DNA of 64,000 nucleotides from the NCBI GenBank assembly GCA_947378965.1, contig CANCMG010000002.1:5938-69937 (forward strand), given 5' to 3'. The translations under genes were made by a program, and so were the position numbers. Position 1 is the stretch's first letter. Every line of letters starts with the position of its first letter. Of this stretch, positions 1 to 10,058 are shown piece by piece. This DNA is from Alcaligenaceae bacterium (GTDB lineage Bacteria; Pseudomonadota; Gammaproteobacteria; Burkholderiales; Burkholderiaceae_B). The notes beneath the pieces were generated by a model. The model did not search any database and was not told the DNA's origin. It saw nothing but the letters and a program-made list of their open reading frames with translations.

Positions 1-529
1 CATCAAGGGCCTCTTGAACCAAGACCTGCATTTTCGCGATCTCGGCTTCAGTGGCAGGTCGCGTCAGGTCAGACATGGTGACTGCACGCAAAGTGGTGTG
101 CCCGAGCAAGGCGGCCATATTGACGGCTGGTGGATTTTTTTCAAGTGCGGCGAAATAATCTGCAAAAGTCTCATAGCGCTGGCTAGGGCCATTGGCAATC
201 AAATTCAGAGGGGCAATCGCTTCGGTTTGCCCTAGCGGAGCAAGGCTCAGACCACAATTACCTGTAATGACGGTGGTGGCGCCCTGACTAACTTTTGCCG
301 CCATCGAGGGATCGGCCAACAACAAACGGTCGTCGTGCGTATGCACATCGATAAAGCCAGGGGCGATTGCCAACCCCTTCAAATCGATGGTTTTGCCTGC
401 CGAATAGTTCAGCTTGTCGCCCACTCCGACGATGCGGCCATCTTTGACTGCAACGCTGGCCGCGCGCCTAGCCTGACCGCTACCATCGATCACTACGCCA
501 TTTATCAACAACAGATCACAGTTCAACAT
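1..529 (-). CDS. D-aminoacylase (N-acyl-D-amino-acid deacylase), N-terminal about 176 aa; the gene runs off the left edge
   Basis: My own translation of the minus strand from ATG 529-527 gives MLNCDLLLINGVVIDGSGQARRAASVAVKDGRIVGVGDKL...GLAIAPGFIDVHTHDDRLLLADPSMAAKVSQGATTVITGNCGLSLAP. It carries the amidohydrolase HxH metal motif and the GNCG segment, colinear with Alcaligenes D-aminoacylase as I recall it. It is absent from the ORF track because no stop codon lies in the window. The + ORFs 14..235 and 335..535 are antisense shadows of it. Confidence 0.8.
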   Translation of the reverse strand, partial: MLNCDLLLINGVVIDGSGQARRAASVAVKDGRIVGVGDKLNYSAGKTIDLKGLAIAPGFIDVHTHDDRLLLADPSMAAKVSQGATTVITGNCGLSLAPLGQTEAIAPLNLIANGPSQRYETFADYFAALEKNPPAVNMAALLGHTTLRAVTMSDLTRPATEAEIAKMQVLVQEALD

Positions 530-855
530 GTCTAGCCGCCTCGACTTAGAAAGCAAAGATTGAAGATTCGCAAGCAAACCACACGGACCGGCAAAGGAAA
601 TGCACGGAAACGTGCTCAGATGCCACGCAAAACGAGTCTACACCGTATATTTTCACTTGCCGCCAACCTAAACGAAAATTATTCTTATTTGCTAAAACTG
701 ATACCATTTTGCCCTAGCAGCTGAAATCGCCGAGCTCGTTGTCTTTTACTATTTTCGTTTTTTTAAGCCCTGACTCTTGTCCGACTGATCAGCCCCATAC
801 TTGACGTTCGCTCGCCCGACTGCCCTGTCCGATCGCCAGAGGTTTCACGCGCAAA

Positions 856-2073
856 ATGATGAATTCCCCCGCCTACGCTTTTACCAACCCACAAGCCGAG
901 CCAAGCCTTTCAGCTTATGGCGCCAAACGCGCAGGCGTCATGAGCCAAGACGGGTTCGATGCCGCGTTCGCCGAAATCTCAAGCTGGCCAGGCTACGCCC
1001 CAACCCCCTTGGTGTCTTTGCCCAAATTGGCGCAACAACTGGGGGTGGCTGAAGTTCTTTACAAAGACGAGCGCGGGCGCTTTGGTCTGGGTAGCTTCAA
1101 GGCGCTGGGCGGTGCCTATGCTGTGGCAAACGTCTTGCGCCTCAAGGTGCAACAGACGCACGGCTTGGCTCAGGTCAGCTCAAAAGAACTGTTATCGGGC
1201 GCCTTTAATGACTTAATCAGTGCGTCGACCGTCACCTGTGCAACCGATGGCAATCATGGGCGCTCGGTCGCCTGGGGTGCCCGTCTGTTTGGTTGCAAGT
1301 GCGTGATCTATGTTCACGAAACTGTTAGCCAAGGCAGACGCGACGCCATCGCACACTACGGCGCCGAAGTGCGAGAAGTCAAAGGCAATTACGACGATGC
1401 GGTTCGGTTTGCAGCCGCCACTGCAGCCGCCTTGGGCTGGACCGTCGTCTCTGACACCTCGTACCCCGGTTATCGCGACATTCCACTTGACGTCATGCAT
1501 GGCTATGGCGTCATGGCCTCAGAAATTGTCACTCAAATGTCGTCAACTCAACCACCCACACACGTCTTTGCGCAAGCGGGCGTCGGTGCGTTAGCGTCTG
1601 CGGTCTGTGCAAATTTTTGGCTGCAATGGGGCGTTCAACGACCTTTATTTATTGTGACCGAACCCACACAAGCAGATTGTGTCTATCAAAGCTTGCAGGC
1701 GGGCCAGCGTACAGTCGTTGAAGGCTCGCTAAATACCGTCATGGCAGGCTTAGCCTGCGGCGAGGTCTCTGAACTCGCCTGGGAAATTCTGCACGGCGGC
1801 ACAAACGTTGCCGTTGCAATTGACGACGCCTACGCCCTTGAAGCGATGCAAATCCTGGCACAGCCACAAAAAGGTGATCCTCCCATCGTAGCTGGCGAAA
1901 CCGGCGGGGTTGGACTCGCCGCACTTTTAGCTGCGCGCGATCACGCAAACATCCGCGCACAGCTCAAACTCGACGCTCACTCGCGGGTCTTGCTGCTGGG
2001 CAGCGAGGGCGACACCGATCCCGTCATTTACAGACAAGTTGTTGGAAAAACCGCTTCTGAGGTACTTGCATGA
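856..2073 (+). CDS. dpaL: diaminopropionate ammonia-lyase (PLP-dependent)
   Basis: 405 aa. The PLP-lysine segment RFGLGSFKALGGAYAV, plus TDGNHGRSVAWGA, MAGLACGE and GSEGDTDP, line up with E. coli YgeX/DpaL as I recall it. The stop overlaps the next start (ATGA at 2070). Confidence 0.85.
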   Translation: MMNSPAYAFTNPQAEPSLSAYGAKRAGVMSQDGFDAAFAEISSWPGYAPTPLVSLPKLAQQLGVAEVLYKDERGRFGLGSFKALGGAYAVANVLRLKVQQTHGLAQVSSKELLSGAFNDLISASTVTCATDGNHGRSVAWGARLFGCKCVIYVHETVSQGRRDAIAHYGAEVREVKGNYDDAVRFAAATAAALGWTVVSDTSYPGYRDIPLDVMHGYGVMASEIVTQMSSTQPPTHVFAQAGVGALASAVCANFWLQWGVQRPLFIVTEPTQADCVYQSLQAGQRTVVEGSLNTVMAGLACGEVSELAWEILHGGTNVAVAIDDAYALEAMQILAQPQKGDPPIVAGETGGVGLAALLAARDHANIRAQLKLDAHSRVLLLGSEGDTDPVIYRQVVGKTASEVLA

Positions 2074-3317
2074 ACGCCTTTGACTCACGCGCACTTGGCT
2101 TACGGATTCAGTCCGGACCTCTCCTAGAGCAACTCAATACTCTCGCTGACATTGGGATGACCCCTGAAGGTGCCTGCTGCCGGCTAGCACTCTCTGACGA
2201 AGATCGCTTAGGTCGAGATCTGCTCATCACGTGGATGAAAGCGCTTAAGCTTGAGGTCAGTGTCGATCCGATTGGCAATATTTTTGGCTGGCGGGCTGGG
2301 CTCGAAGATCTGCCACCTGTCATGACAGGGTCGCACATCGATACAGTTCGCACTGGCGGTCGGTACGACGGCCCCTTAGGCGTACTCGGTGGCCTTGAGG
2401 TTGTTCGCACCTTAAACGAAGCCGGTATCGTGACGCGCAGGCCCTTAGTGGTAGCCGCGTTTACCAACGAAGAAGGAGCACGCTTTCATCCTGATATGCT
2501 GGGCTCACTTGTGTATGTCGGCGGTTTATCGCTAGATGAAGCCTACGCTTCACACAGCGCGGATGGAAAAATCCTGATCGATGAGCTGACTAAAATTGGC
2601 TACGTTGGCAAGGCCGCCCTACCCTTGTGCAAACCTCATGCGTTTGTTGAGTTGCATATCGAGCAAGGCCCCATTCTCGACATTGAAGGCATCACAATTG
2701 GTGCGGTACGCGACTTGCAAGGGATTTCTTGGCAAGAACTAACGATCGTGGGGCAATCAAATCATGCGGGCACCACGCCGATGCGCTTGCGGCACGATGC
2801 TGGCTACTGCGCCGCTGCGATTAGCGTCTTTATGCGTGAACTCACCATCAAGATGGGCGGCGCGCAAGTCGCAACCATGGGGGTCACAAAATTGCATCCC
2901 AATTTGATTAATGTGATTGCCGCACGAGCGGTGGTGACGGTGGATCTGCGCAATACAGACGAAGCGATGCTCAAGATTGCAGAGCAAAAGCTCGCTGACT
3001 TTTTAGTCAAACTCGCAGCTGACGAAGGGGTCACCATCACCAGTCATCGCCTTGCACGCTTTGAACCCGTGAAGTTTGACGACAGTATTGCTGATTTGAT
3101 AGCACAACACGCACAAGCGCTCGGGTACTCGTGCCGTTCAATGACCTCTGGCGCAGGACACGATGCCCAAATGATGGCGCGCTTTTGCCCAAGCGCAATG
3201 ATTTTTGTACCCTCGGTCAAAGGCATTAGCCACAACCCGGCCGAGCATACCGAAGTCAAAGATCTGATTGCGGGTGGCAATGTTTTATTGCAGACAATAC
3301 TTGAATTAGCACGGTAA
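2070..3317 (+). CDS. M20-family Zn amidohydrolase of the allantoate amidohydrolase / N-carbamoyl-L-amino-acid (beta-ureidopropionase-type) hydrolase branch
   Basis: 415 aa. MTGSHIDTVRTGGRYDGPLGVLGGLEVVRTL and SGAGHDAQMMA...FVPSVKGISHNPAE are hallmarks of the AllC/AmaB/HyuC group. The gene is translationally coupled to dpaL. Confidence 0.8.
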   Translation: MNAFDSRALGLRIQSGPLLEQLNTLADIGMTPEGACCRLALSDEDRLGRDLLITWMKALKLEVSVDPIGNIFGWRAGLEDLPPVMTGSHIDTVRTGGRYDGPLGVLGGLEVVRTLNEAGIVTRRPLVVAAFTNEEGARFHPDMLGSLVYVGGLSLDEAYASHSADGKILIDELTKIGYVGKAALPLCKPHAFVELHIEQGPILDIEGITIGAVRDLQGISWQELTIVGQSNHAGTTPMRLRHDAGYCAAAISVFMRELTIKMGGAQVATMGVTKLHPNLINVIAARAVVTVDLRNTDEAMLKIAEQKLADFLVKLAADEGVTITSHRLARFEPVKFDDSIADLIAQHAQALGYSCRSMTSGAGHDAQMMARFCPSAMIFVPSVKGISHNPAEHTEVKDLIAGGNVLLQTILELAR

Positions 3318-3476
3318 TTTTTTGCACAATACCAGCAACGCGGATCAAGAACAGGCAAGTGCTTTTCATCACTGGATACAGAACGCCAGCATGGTTGATT
3401 TTAATTTGCGAAGTGATCCGTTTCAAAGAGCGCATCACACTTCACGCTTTACTCTTCATTATTCGGGGTTGGTTAT

Positions 3477-4454
3477 ATGACACGTATTGTGACTGTAGGT
3501 GCCGCACAACTTGGTCCGATCGCCTTAAGCGATACGCGCGCGCAAGTCGTCGACCGCATGATTGACCTCATGCAGCAAGCCAAGGGCTGCGGCTGCGACG
3601 TCGTGGTGTTTCCTGAATTGGCGCTCACGACGTTTTTTCCGCGTTGGTATTTTGACAAGCAAGACGAGCTAGATGCGTTTTTTGAACGCGCCATGCCTGG
3701 GCCTGATACTCAGCGCTTGTTTGATACCGCCAAGGCGTTGCAAATCGGCTTCTATTTGGGCTATGCCGAACTGGTACACGAAGGCGGCCAGCTACGACGC
3801 TTCAATACTGCGATCACGGTCGATAAGGCCGGAACAATTATCTCAAAATACCGAAAGATCCACCTACCCGGCCACAAAGAACACGAACCCTGGCGTCGTT
3901 TTCAACACCTTGAAAAACGCTACTTCGAAACCGGCAACCTTGGCTTCACGGCCTTTCAGGCTGATTGGGGCAAAGACAAACAGGGCGTGTTCGGGATGGC
4001 TGTCTGTAATGATCGCCGCTGGCCTGAAACCTATCGCATCTTAGGTTTGCAAGCGGTCGAAATGATTTTCATTGGCTACAACACACCCGTGCATAATCCG
4101 CCAGCCCCCGAGCACGATGCGCTCTCAAACTTTCACAACGAACTCGTCATGCAAGCGGGTGCCTATCAAAATGGTACGTGGGTTGTTGGGGTGGCCAAAG
4201 CCGGCACCGAAGAAGGCGTCGAGCAAATCGGCAATTCAATCATTGTGGCCCCTTCGGGCGAGATCGTTGGTGCTTGCACAACCCTGGGTGACGAACTCGC
4301 CATCGCGCGTTGCGATCTTGACTTGTGCAACTCATACAAAAATACAACCTTCAACTTCGCACGCCATCGCGAACCCGAGCAATATCGGATGATTGTCGAG
4401 CGCAAGGGCGCCGTGCCACCAGAGGCATCACCAAGCGGCAGCAAGCAAACTTAG
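3477..4454 (+). CDS. N-carbamoyl-D-amino-acid hydrolase (D-carbamoylase, nitrilase superfamily)
   Basis: 325 aa. It is nearly colinear with the Agrobacterium D-carbamoylase as I recall it (FPELALTTFFPRW, YRKIHLPGHKE, QHLEKRYFE, CNDRRWPE, GYNTPVHNPP). The Glu-Lys-Cys triad positions are present. Confidence 0.85.
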   Translation: MTRIVTVGAAQLGPIALSDTRAQVVDRMIDLMQQAKGCGCDVVVFPELALTTFFPRWYFDKQDELDAFFERAMPGPDTQRLFDTAKALQIGFYLGYAELVHEGGQLRRFNTAITVDKAGTIISKYRKIHLPGHKEHEPWRRFQHLEKRYFETGNLGFTAFQADWGKDKQGVFGMAVCNDRRWPETYRILGLQAVEMIFIGYNTPVHNPPAPEHDALSNFHNELVMQAGAYQNGTWVVGVAKAGTEEGVEQIGNSIIVAPSGEIVGACTTLGDELAIARCDLDLCNSYKNTTFNFARHREPEQYRMIVERKGAVPPEASPSGSKQT

Positions 4455-5543
4455 ATAATCGTTTTCGGTGAGCACACGTGGATTCGTCTTGTGTGCATTA
4501 TCCGCAAGCGAGGCTTGGGTGAGAGAGTGAAAACTCTCTTGCTGAACGCCTAATTCTTGTAAGCCTGAGGGCAGGCCTAAACGTTGATTCATCTGCAAAA
4601 ATAATTCAACTAAATCAGTGTCAGCTGCCACGCCCATCGCACGACACAACAACGGCAATTTATCTTGTAGCACCGACGCGTTGATCGCTAATACGTGCGG
4701 CAGCATGATCGCATTCAAGGTACCGTGATGATGACCAAGGGCGCCAAGCGAATGCGACACCGAGTGCACTGCACCTAGCCCTTTTTGAAAACACACAGCG
4801 CCCTCAAGAGCCCCCATCATCATGTGCCAACGGGCGTCGGCATCGCTCCCATCGGCTACCGCACGCTCAATGTGTTGATACAGACGCGCCAGCCCATCAA
4901 GTGCAATCGCATCGATAGGCGGATTGATCAACGGTGAGCAAAATGTTTCAACGCAGTGCGAGAGAGCATCCATGCCCGTTGCCGCTGTCATATATTTTGG
5001 CAAGGTCAAAGTCAACTCGGGATCACAGATTGCCACGCTAACAATCGTCGGACACCCAACACCAGCTTTGATCCCGTTATTAAATATGATCACCGCTGAA
5101 CGACCAACTTCGCTACCGCTGCCAGAGGTTGTCGGCATCAAAATCAAGGGTGGCGGATTAATAATTGGGCGAGGCGAAGCATTACGATTGCAGTATTGCC
5201 ACAAGGGGGCCGGGTCACCGCACAAGACAGCAATAGCCTTGGCCAAATCAAGCGTTGCGCCACCCCCAATACCAATAATCCCATCGCACTGATTCGTCTG
5301 GAAGGTATTCAAGCCTGCCACGGCGGCGTCCTCAGTCGGGTTAGGTGGCGTCTGATCAAAGATCACGGCCTCGTCCATCCCGTACAACGTTTCAGTCGCT
5401 CGAGCGAATACCCCTGCAGCCCTCACCCCTTTATCCGTCACAAACAAAGGTTTTTTGATCCCTAACTTTGTGCCTTCAAGCACTAACTGCTTGCGTTCGC
5501 CGTGACCAAAGTGTACTTTCGTGTTGAATGACAAAATCGCCAC
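4428..5543 (-). CDS. iron-containing (group III) alcohol dehydrogenase
   Basis: 371 aa. It has the GIGGGATLDLAKA loop and the His-rich metal site HSVSHSLGALGHHHG. Its 3' end overlaps the D-carbamoylase 3' end by 27 bp (convergent). Confidence 0.8.
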   Translation of the reverse strand: MAILSFNTKVHFGHGERKQLVLEGTKLGIKKPLFVTDKGVRAAGVFARATETLYGMDEAVIFDQTPPNPTEDAAVAGLNTFQTNQCDGIIGIGGGATLDLAKAIAVLCGDPAPLWQYCNRNASPRPIINPPPLILMPTTSGSGSEVGRSAVIIFNNGIKAGVGCPTIVSVAICDPELTLTLPKYMTAATGMDALSHCVETFCSPLINPPIDAIALDGLARLYQHIERAVADGSDADARWHMMMGALEGAVCFQKGLGAVHSVSHSLGALGHHHGTLNAIMLPHVLAINASVLQDKLPLLCRAMGVAADTDLVELFLQMNQRLGLPSGLQELGVQQESFHSLTQASLADNAHKTNPRVLTENDYLSLLAAAW

Positions 5544-5683
5544 GTGCTGCCCCTAAAGGTTGTATGAACGGCTTGGTTATATGAGCCGCCCGGACTGAAC
5601 GTCATTGTCTTGCCTTGGGGCAAGTCTTTCAAAAATCGAGCATAACGTCATACGCAGTACTTTTTTCATCTCGGAGACAAAAA

Positions 5684-6361
5684 ATGAAACACCTGAAAAC
5701 AATTTTAGTTGCGACCGCACTGACCGTAAGCTGCCTAAACGCACACGCCCAAGACGACCAGCAACGTTTCAAGCGTACGCCTGTGACCGAAATGACAGCA
5801 GAGCAAAAGAAATATTTCGACTCTTTGATGGCTGGCCCGGTTTCTGGAACGGGTAGTGCCGGTGTCGTCCAAGGAGCCACCAGTCTTGGTGCACCATTCA
5901 ACGTCTACATGCGCAGCCCGGTGCTAGCCGAGCGTTTGCGCGAGGTCGGAGAATATTTGCGTTTTAAAAGTTCAATCCCAGCACGTCTAAATGAGTTTGC
6001 CATCTTAATCACGGCCCGCCAATGGACTGCGCAATACGAGTGGTTTGCTCATCATCGTTTAGCAATGAAGGCTGGCTTGAGCCCTGAAGTGGCTGCAGAT
6101 CTTGCGTTGGGCAAGCGCCCAGCCAACATGAAGCCAGACGAAGCTGCTGTATATGACTTTTGCCAAGAAATGCACACCAACCATGCCGTAAGTGATGCCA
6201 CTTACAAAGCCGTATTCGATCTATATGGCGAACAAGGCATCGTGGATCTGATCGCAGTCAGTGGCTACTATGTGATGGTTTCAATGATCTTGAACGTCAA
6301 CCGTACGCCTTTGCCTGCAGGCAATCCACTGCCCCTGCAGCCACTTGCTAAAGCCAAGTGA
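5684..6361 (+). CDS. carboxymuconolactone decarboxylase (AhpD-like) family protein with signal peptide
   Basis: The ORF track starts at 5615. I prefer ATG 5684 because MKHLKTILVATALTVSCLNAHAQ is a Sec-type signal. The CMD core is QWTAQYEWFAHHRLA. Confidence 0.65.
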   Translation: MKHLKTILVATALTVSCLNAHAQDDQQRFKRTPVTEMTAEQKKYFDSLMAGPVSGTGSAGVVQGATSLGAPFNVYMRSPVLAERLREVGEYLRFKSSIPARLNEFAILITARQWTAQYEWFAHHRLAMKAGLSPEVAADLALGKRPANMKPDEAAVYDFCQEMHTNHAVSDATYKAVFDLYGEQGIVDLIAVSGYYVMVSMILNVNRTPLPAGNPLPLQPLAKAK

Positions 6362-6411
6362 TACTCTAAATAACGAGCAATCAGCGTTAAGACTGCCTTC
6401 GTGTTGGGTAC

Positions 6412-6449
6412 AAAAAAACCTTTCTCTGCTTGACAGAGAAAGGTTTTTT
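6412..6449. terminator. bidirectional rho-independent terminator between convergent genes
   Basis: Perfect 10-bp stem CCTTTCTCTG / CAGAGAAAGG with a 5-nt loop, an A-run upstream and a T-run downstream. Confidence 0.8.
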
Positions 6450-6508
6450 AGCGAATGACTAAACCTTTATTTCGCTCAGCATATATACAAGTCACCTGCG
6501 GCTAGTTT

Positions 6509-7504
6509 TTAATCTGATTTAGCGCCAGACGCGCGTGCCACCACTCCCCAACGATCCGTCTCTTTTTGTAGAAACTCGCCAAACGCTTTAGGTGAGGATT
6601 GTACAAACGGCTCGACCCCCACTTTGCGCATGGCTTCAACCAGATCAGGCGAATTGGCTGCTCGGATGAGCGCCGCATACAGCTTATCAACGATTGGTTG
6701 AGGTGTTTTAGCAGGTGCCATCACACCGAACCAGTTAAACGCCAAAATCTCAGGATAGCCCTGCTCAACCGACGTCAACGTCTCTGGCAGCAACACCGCG
6801 CGCTGCGTGTTGGTAATCGCGATTGCACGCAGCCGACCGTCTTGCACCAGCGGATACAACGGAGGAAGGTCAACAATAATACCGTCAACATGCGCACCTA
6901 ATAAATCAGCAATGGCTGGCCCCGCACCTTTATACGGCACGTGAACGATATCGCCACTCCCCGCAGCGCCACGCAACAGCTCGATCGCCAGGTGTGGCAA
7001 CCCGCCGCTACCTGACGACGAAATCGTGACACGACGTGTTTTTGATAAATCGATCAGCTCTTTTAGCGACTTAGCTGGCACAGAGGGATGAATCGCCAGC
7101 AACTCTGGCGTTTGCGCAACAGTCGTGATGCCAACCAAATCTTTTAAGGTATTGAAAGGAATTTTTGGGAAGGTGTGCGGGCTAATCACCAGCGGGCTGG
7201 CGCTTGCGAAGGTGATGACGTAGCCATCAGGCGCTGCCTTCACAACAAAATCAGTGCCGATCAACCCATTGCTGCCAGACTTGTTGACGACGACAACAGA
7301 CTGACCCAACAGCTCGGTGAGCTTTGGCGCAAACAAACGCGCCACAATGTCATTTGAACCACCCGGCGGAAAACCCACAATCAAAGAGATCGATTTGCTT
7401 GGGTAATCTTGAGCCTGAGCCGGACCGCCGAGCGCGAACAATGACACAATCAATACCGCAGTGTTTTTAACAATCTGGTTGACAGGCTTTAAAAAAATAT
7501 TCAT
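6509..7504 (-). CDS. Bug-family (TctC-like) tripartite tricarboxylate transporter substrate-binding protein
   Basis: 331 aa. A signal peptide is followed by SISLIVGFPPGGSNDIVARL and HVPYKGAGPA, typical of Bug receptors. Confidence 0.85.
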   Translation of the reverse strand: MNIFLKPVNQIVKNTAVLIVSLFALGGPAQAQDYPSKSISLIVGFPPGGSNDIVARLFAPKLTELLGQSVVVVNKSGSNGLIGTDFVVKAAPDGYVITFASASPLVISPHTFPKIPFNTLKDLVGITTVAQTPELLAIHPSVPAKSLKELIDLSKTRRVTISSSGSGGLPHLAIELLRGAAGSGDIVHVPYKGAGPAIADLLGAHVDGIIVDLPPLYPLVQDGRLRAIAITNTQRAVLLPETLTSVEQGYPEILAFNWFGVMAPAKTPQPIVDKLYAALIRAANSPDLVEAMRKVGVEPFVQSSPKAFGEFLQKETDRWGVVARASGAKSD

Positions 7505-7627
7505 CGCACACCTCGAAAAAAATTAAGCAACGGATATGGCGCTACGCACCAAACGGTCAGGCGACAACAAAACCTACGCACTCACCCAAAAAATCTTTGG
7601 CAATCACGGCAAAAAATCCTCGCCGTA

Positions 7628-8440
7628 TCAATAAGCAATCGGCTCAAGATCAAGCCGCATGGCGATCCCAGCTAACGCCTCGGACACAGCGGGATAACGA
7701 TGCACGACCAACGGATCATGCCCCGGCACCACGTGGCGCGGTGATTGCGCCAAAGCAACCAAGCGCTCGTAGCCTTCGATGGCCTCACCCAAGTGATAGA
7801 CCAGATGAAAGCAACGCTTTTGCTCAAAATGCTCGTAATAATGACTGGCGTCTGAGGCAAGGACCACCCACCCTCGAGCAGTATGCACACGCACCACTTG
7901 CATGCCCGCCGTGTGCCCGCCAATTTTGTGCACACTAATACCCGGCGCAATCGTTGCATCACCTTGATGAAAAATCACGCGATCCTTATAGACTAGCCGG
8001 ATCATGCCAGCAACGTGATCCACTTCAAAGGCACGACTGAAACGTTCACAGCACATCAGGCGGCCTGTCGCAAACGCCATCTCGTCGTCTTGCAGATGAA
8101 ACTTAGCAACAGGGAACTCATCAAACGTACCCACGTGATCGTTATGCAAATGGGTGATCACGATCTCGGCGATGTCTTTGGTGTCAATGCCTAATAGTTT
8201 TAAGGCATCGGCCGGTCGCCGCAACAAGGTACGGTGACGCTTATCCGCCATGTCCTGATTGAAACCCGTATCCACCAAAACCAAGCGCTGCCCATTGCGT
8301 ATCACCCAAAGGTAATAATCCATCGGCATCGGCACGTCGTGGGGATCGCCCCCCACGAAATGGTCGGGTCTACGACCCTCGCGGGTCGCGTACTTTAGGG
8401 CGATGACCTCATAACAAGGCAAATCTGATTGATTCATCAT
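7628..8440 (-). CDS. MBL-fold metallo-hydrolase (lactonase-like), paralog A
   Basis: 270 aa with HxHxDH motif ITHLHNDHVG. It is colinear and roughly 60 percent identical by eye to the ORF at 13757..14581. Confidence 0.75.
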   Translation of the reverse strand: MMNQSDLPCYEVIALKYATREGRRPDHFVGGDPHDVPMPMDYYLWVIRNGQRLVLVDTGFNQDMADKRHRTLLRRPADALKLLGIDTKDIAEIVITHLHNDHVGTFDEFPVAKFHLQDDEMAFATGRLMCCERFSRAFEVDHVAGMIRLVYKDRVIFHQGDATIAPGISVHKIGGHTAGMQVVRVHTARGWVVLASDASHYYEHFEQKRCFHLVYHLGEAIEGYERLVALAQSPRHVVPGHDPLVVHRYPAVSEALAGIAMRLDLEPIAY

Positions 8441-8473
8441 GATTATTCAATCATCTCCCAAGCCGCTCAATCA

Positions 8474-9844
8474 TCAAACACCAACCTTAGAGGTGAGTTT
8501 CATCAACTCACTCACATTTTGACAATTTTCGATTGACGCAACAGCGGCGGCGATTTCGCCGGCACGCTTGGCGCCCAAGACAGGGATCACCAGGCTGTCA
8601 AACTTGCCGCGCAGTTCATCATCACTCATTGAGTTTTGAATAGACCCTTTCGGATAATCAATCTGCGACACGAATGTTGAACCGTCGTCCATCACCATTG
8701 TCATCAAACATGACACGCCGCGCGGCAGCGAATCATCGACAGTGATATTGACTAAATCAGTCAACCGAATCACTTCAGCTTCGCCCAAACGCGCATCGTT
8801 GTACTGAGCAAATAATGCTTGGCCGTCTAGCAAAGCCACTGCGACCGAGTAAGGCAAACTGACTTGTGCCTCGTGATACGTCTGGGGACGCTTATTTTGA
8901 TGATAAAGCGCCCAATCCGAATGGCGCGCCATTTCGATCGCCTTGATACGCTTTAAATCAGGCGCATGTTTACGACGGATTTCAAGCGCGCAATCAATCG
9001 CGTTATGGATTGGGCGTGCACACGAGTAAGGCTTGAATTCAATGTCCAGTTGATAGGGTTGTGCAAAATCTTTCACCAATTGTGACGGATCGCTTTTATC
9101 TGTGAACGCCGCTAAAAAGCCACGTTCACCTTCAAAAATTGTTGCCGCGCCGGTAAAGCCCAGACCTGCCATCGTGGCAGCGGTTACGCCATTTCGTGCA
9201 GCGGGGCCAGGATTAAAGCGCTTTTGCATTGACGGGCCATACATCTCCATCAAGCCAGAGGCTGACGCGCCAGCCATGCCTAAAGCCGACACGATTTGCT
9301 CTTCAGACAAGCCTTGCAACTTTGCCGCAGCAATCGTGGCACCAAAGACACCTGTTGTTGGCGTGGTGTGAAAGCCACGGTTACGCAAGGATGAGTTTGC
9401 GGCTTTGCTCAAACGCTCCATCATTTCACATCCGGCAGCTAGTGCCGTTAACAAGTCTTTGCCACTGGCGCCCACTTGTTCGGCGGTAGCCAGTGCTGAC
9501 GAATACACGGGTGGGCTGAAGTGAAACAGCGCCAGCACATCGATGTCGTCAAGCTCAATGCTATGTGAAGAAATCGCATTGGCAAACGCCGCCTGCATCG
9601 CAGGGACGCGAATATCACCACCAATCAGTGTTGACTCGGTGTGGCCGCCGGTGACCGCGGCAAACTTACGAGCAACCTGACCACTTTCACTTTGGCTACC
9701 CGAGATGGCGACGCCCAGATAATCAAGTAATAACCGCTTGACTGATTTTTTTGTCGCCTCAGTCAAATGCGCATAGTCAAATTTTTTGAAATGTGCAGCG
9801 AGTTGATCGGCTAAAGTATTCGAAGATGCTGAGGTGTGTTTCAT
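8474..9844 (-). CDS. MmgE/PrpD family protein, copy 1
   Basis: 456 aa. LLLDYLGVAISGS, HSIELDDID and GFHTTPTTGVFGA are typical of the 2-methylcitrate dehydratase-like family. Confidence 0.8.
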   Translation of the reverse strand: MKHTSASSNTLADQLAAHFKKFDYAHLTEATKKSVKRLLLDYLGVAISGSQSESGQVARKFAAVTGGHTESTLIGGDIRVPAMQAAFANAISSHSIELDDIDVLALFHFSPPVYSSALATAEQVGASGKDLLTALAAGCEMMERLSKAANSSLRNRGFHTTPTTGVFGATIAAAKLQGLSEEQIVSALGMAGASASGLMEMYGPSMQKRFNPGPAARNGVTAATMAGLGFTGAATIFEGERGFLAAFTDKSDPSQLVKDFAQPYQLDIEFKPYSCARPIHNAIDCALEIRRKHAPDLKRIKAIEMARHSDWALYHQNKRPQTYHEAQVSLPYSVAVALLDGQALFAQYNDARLGEAEVIRLTDLVNITVDDSLPRGVSCLMTMVMDDGSTFVSQIDYPKGSIQNSMSDDELRGKFDSLVIPVLGAKRAGEIAAAVASIENCQNVSELMKLTSKVGV

Positions 9845-10058
9845 TTTATTTCAGGACATGCCTGCTCAAAGATAAAAAGTTAGAAATTAAAAAAATGACA
9901 AGAAATTGAAAGCAAAAAATTCGTTAAAACCTGAATGATTGAGATGTATCACGAAAAATTAAACTCAAATAATCAAAATATTGATAAATGATCTCTACAC
10001 AAAAAAAACATCGAGATGATTGACGATTTAGCTGTACACAGCAGAGACAAAGAGCTGA

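Noticed and set aside
14-535. Two + strand ORFs (14..235, 335..535) listed in the ORF track
   Set aside because: They are antisense to a much better supported minus-strand reading frame (the D-aminoacylase N-terminus) and have no recognisable motifs.
4428-4454. 27-bp overlap of the convergent 3' ends of the D-carbamoylase and alcohol dehydrogenase genes
   Set aside because: Convergent overlaps of this size are common in compact genomes. No structure or conserved element is visible that would make it special.
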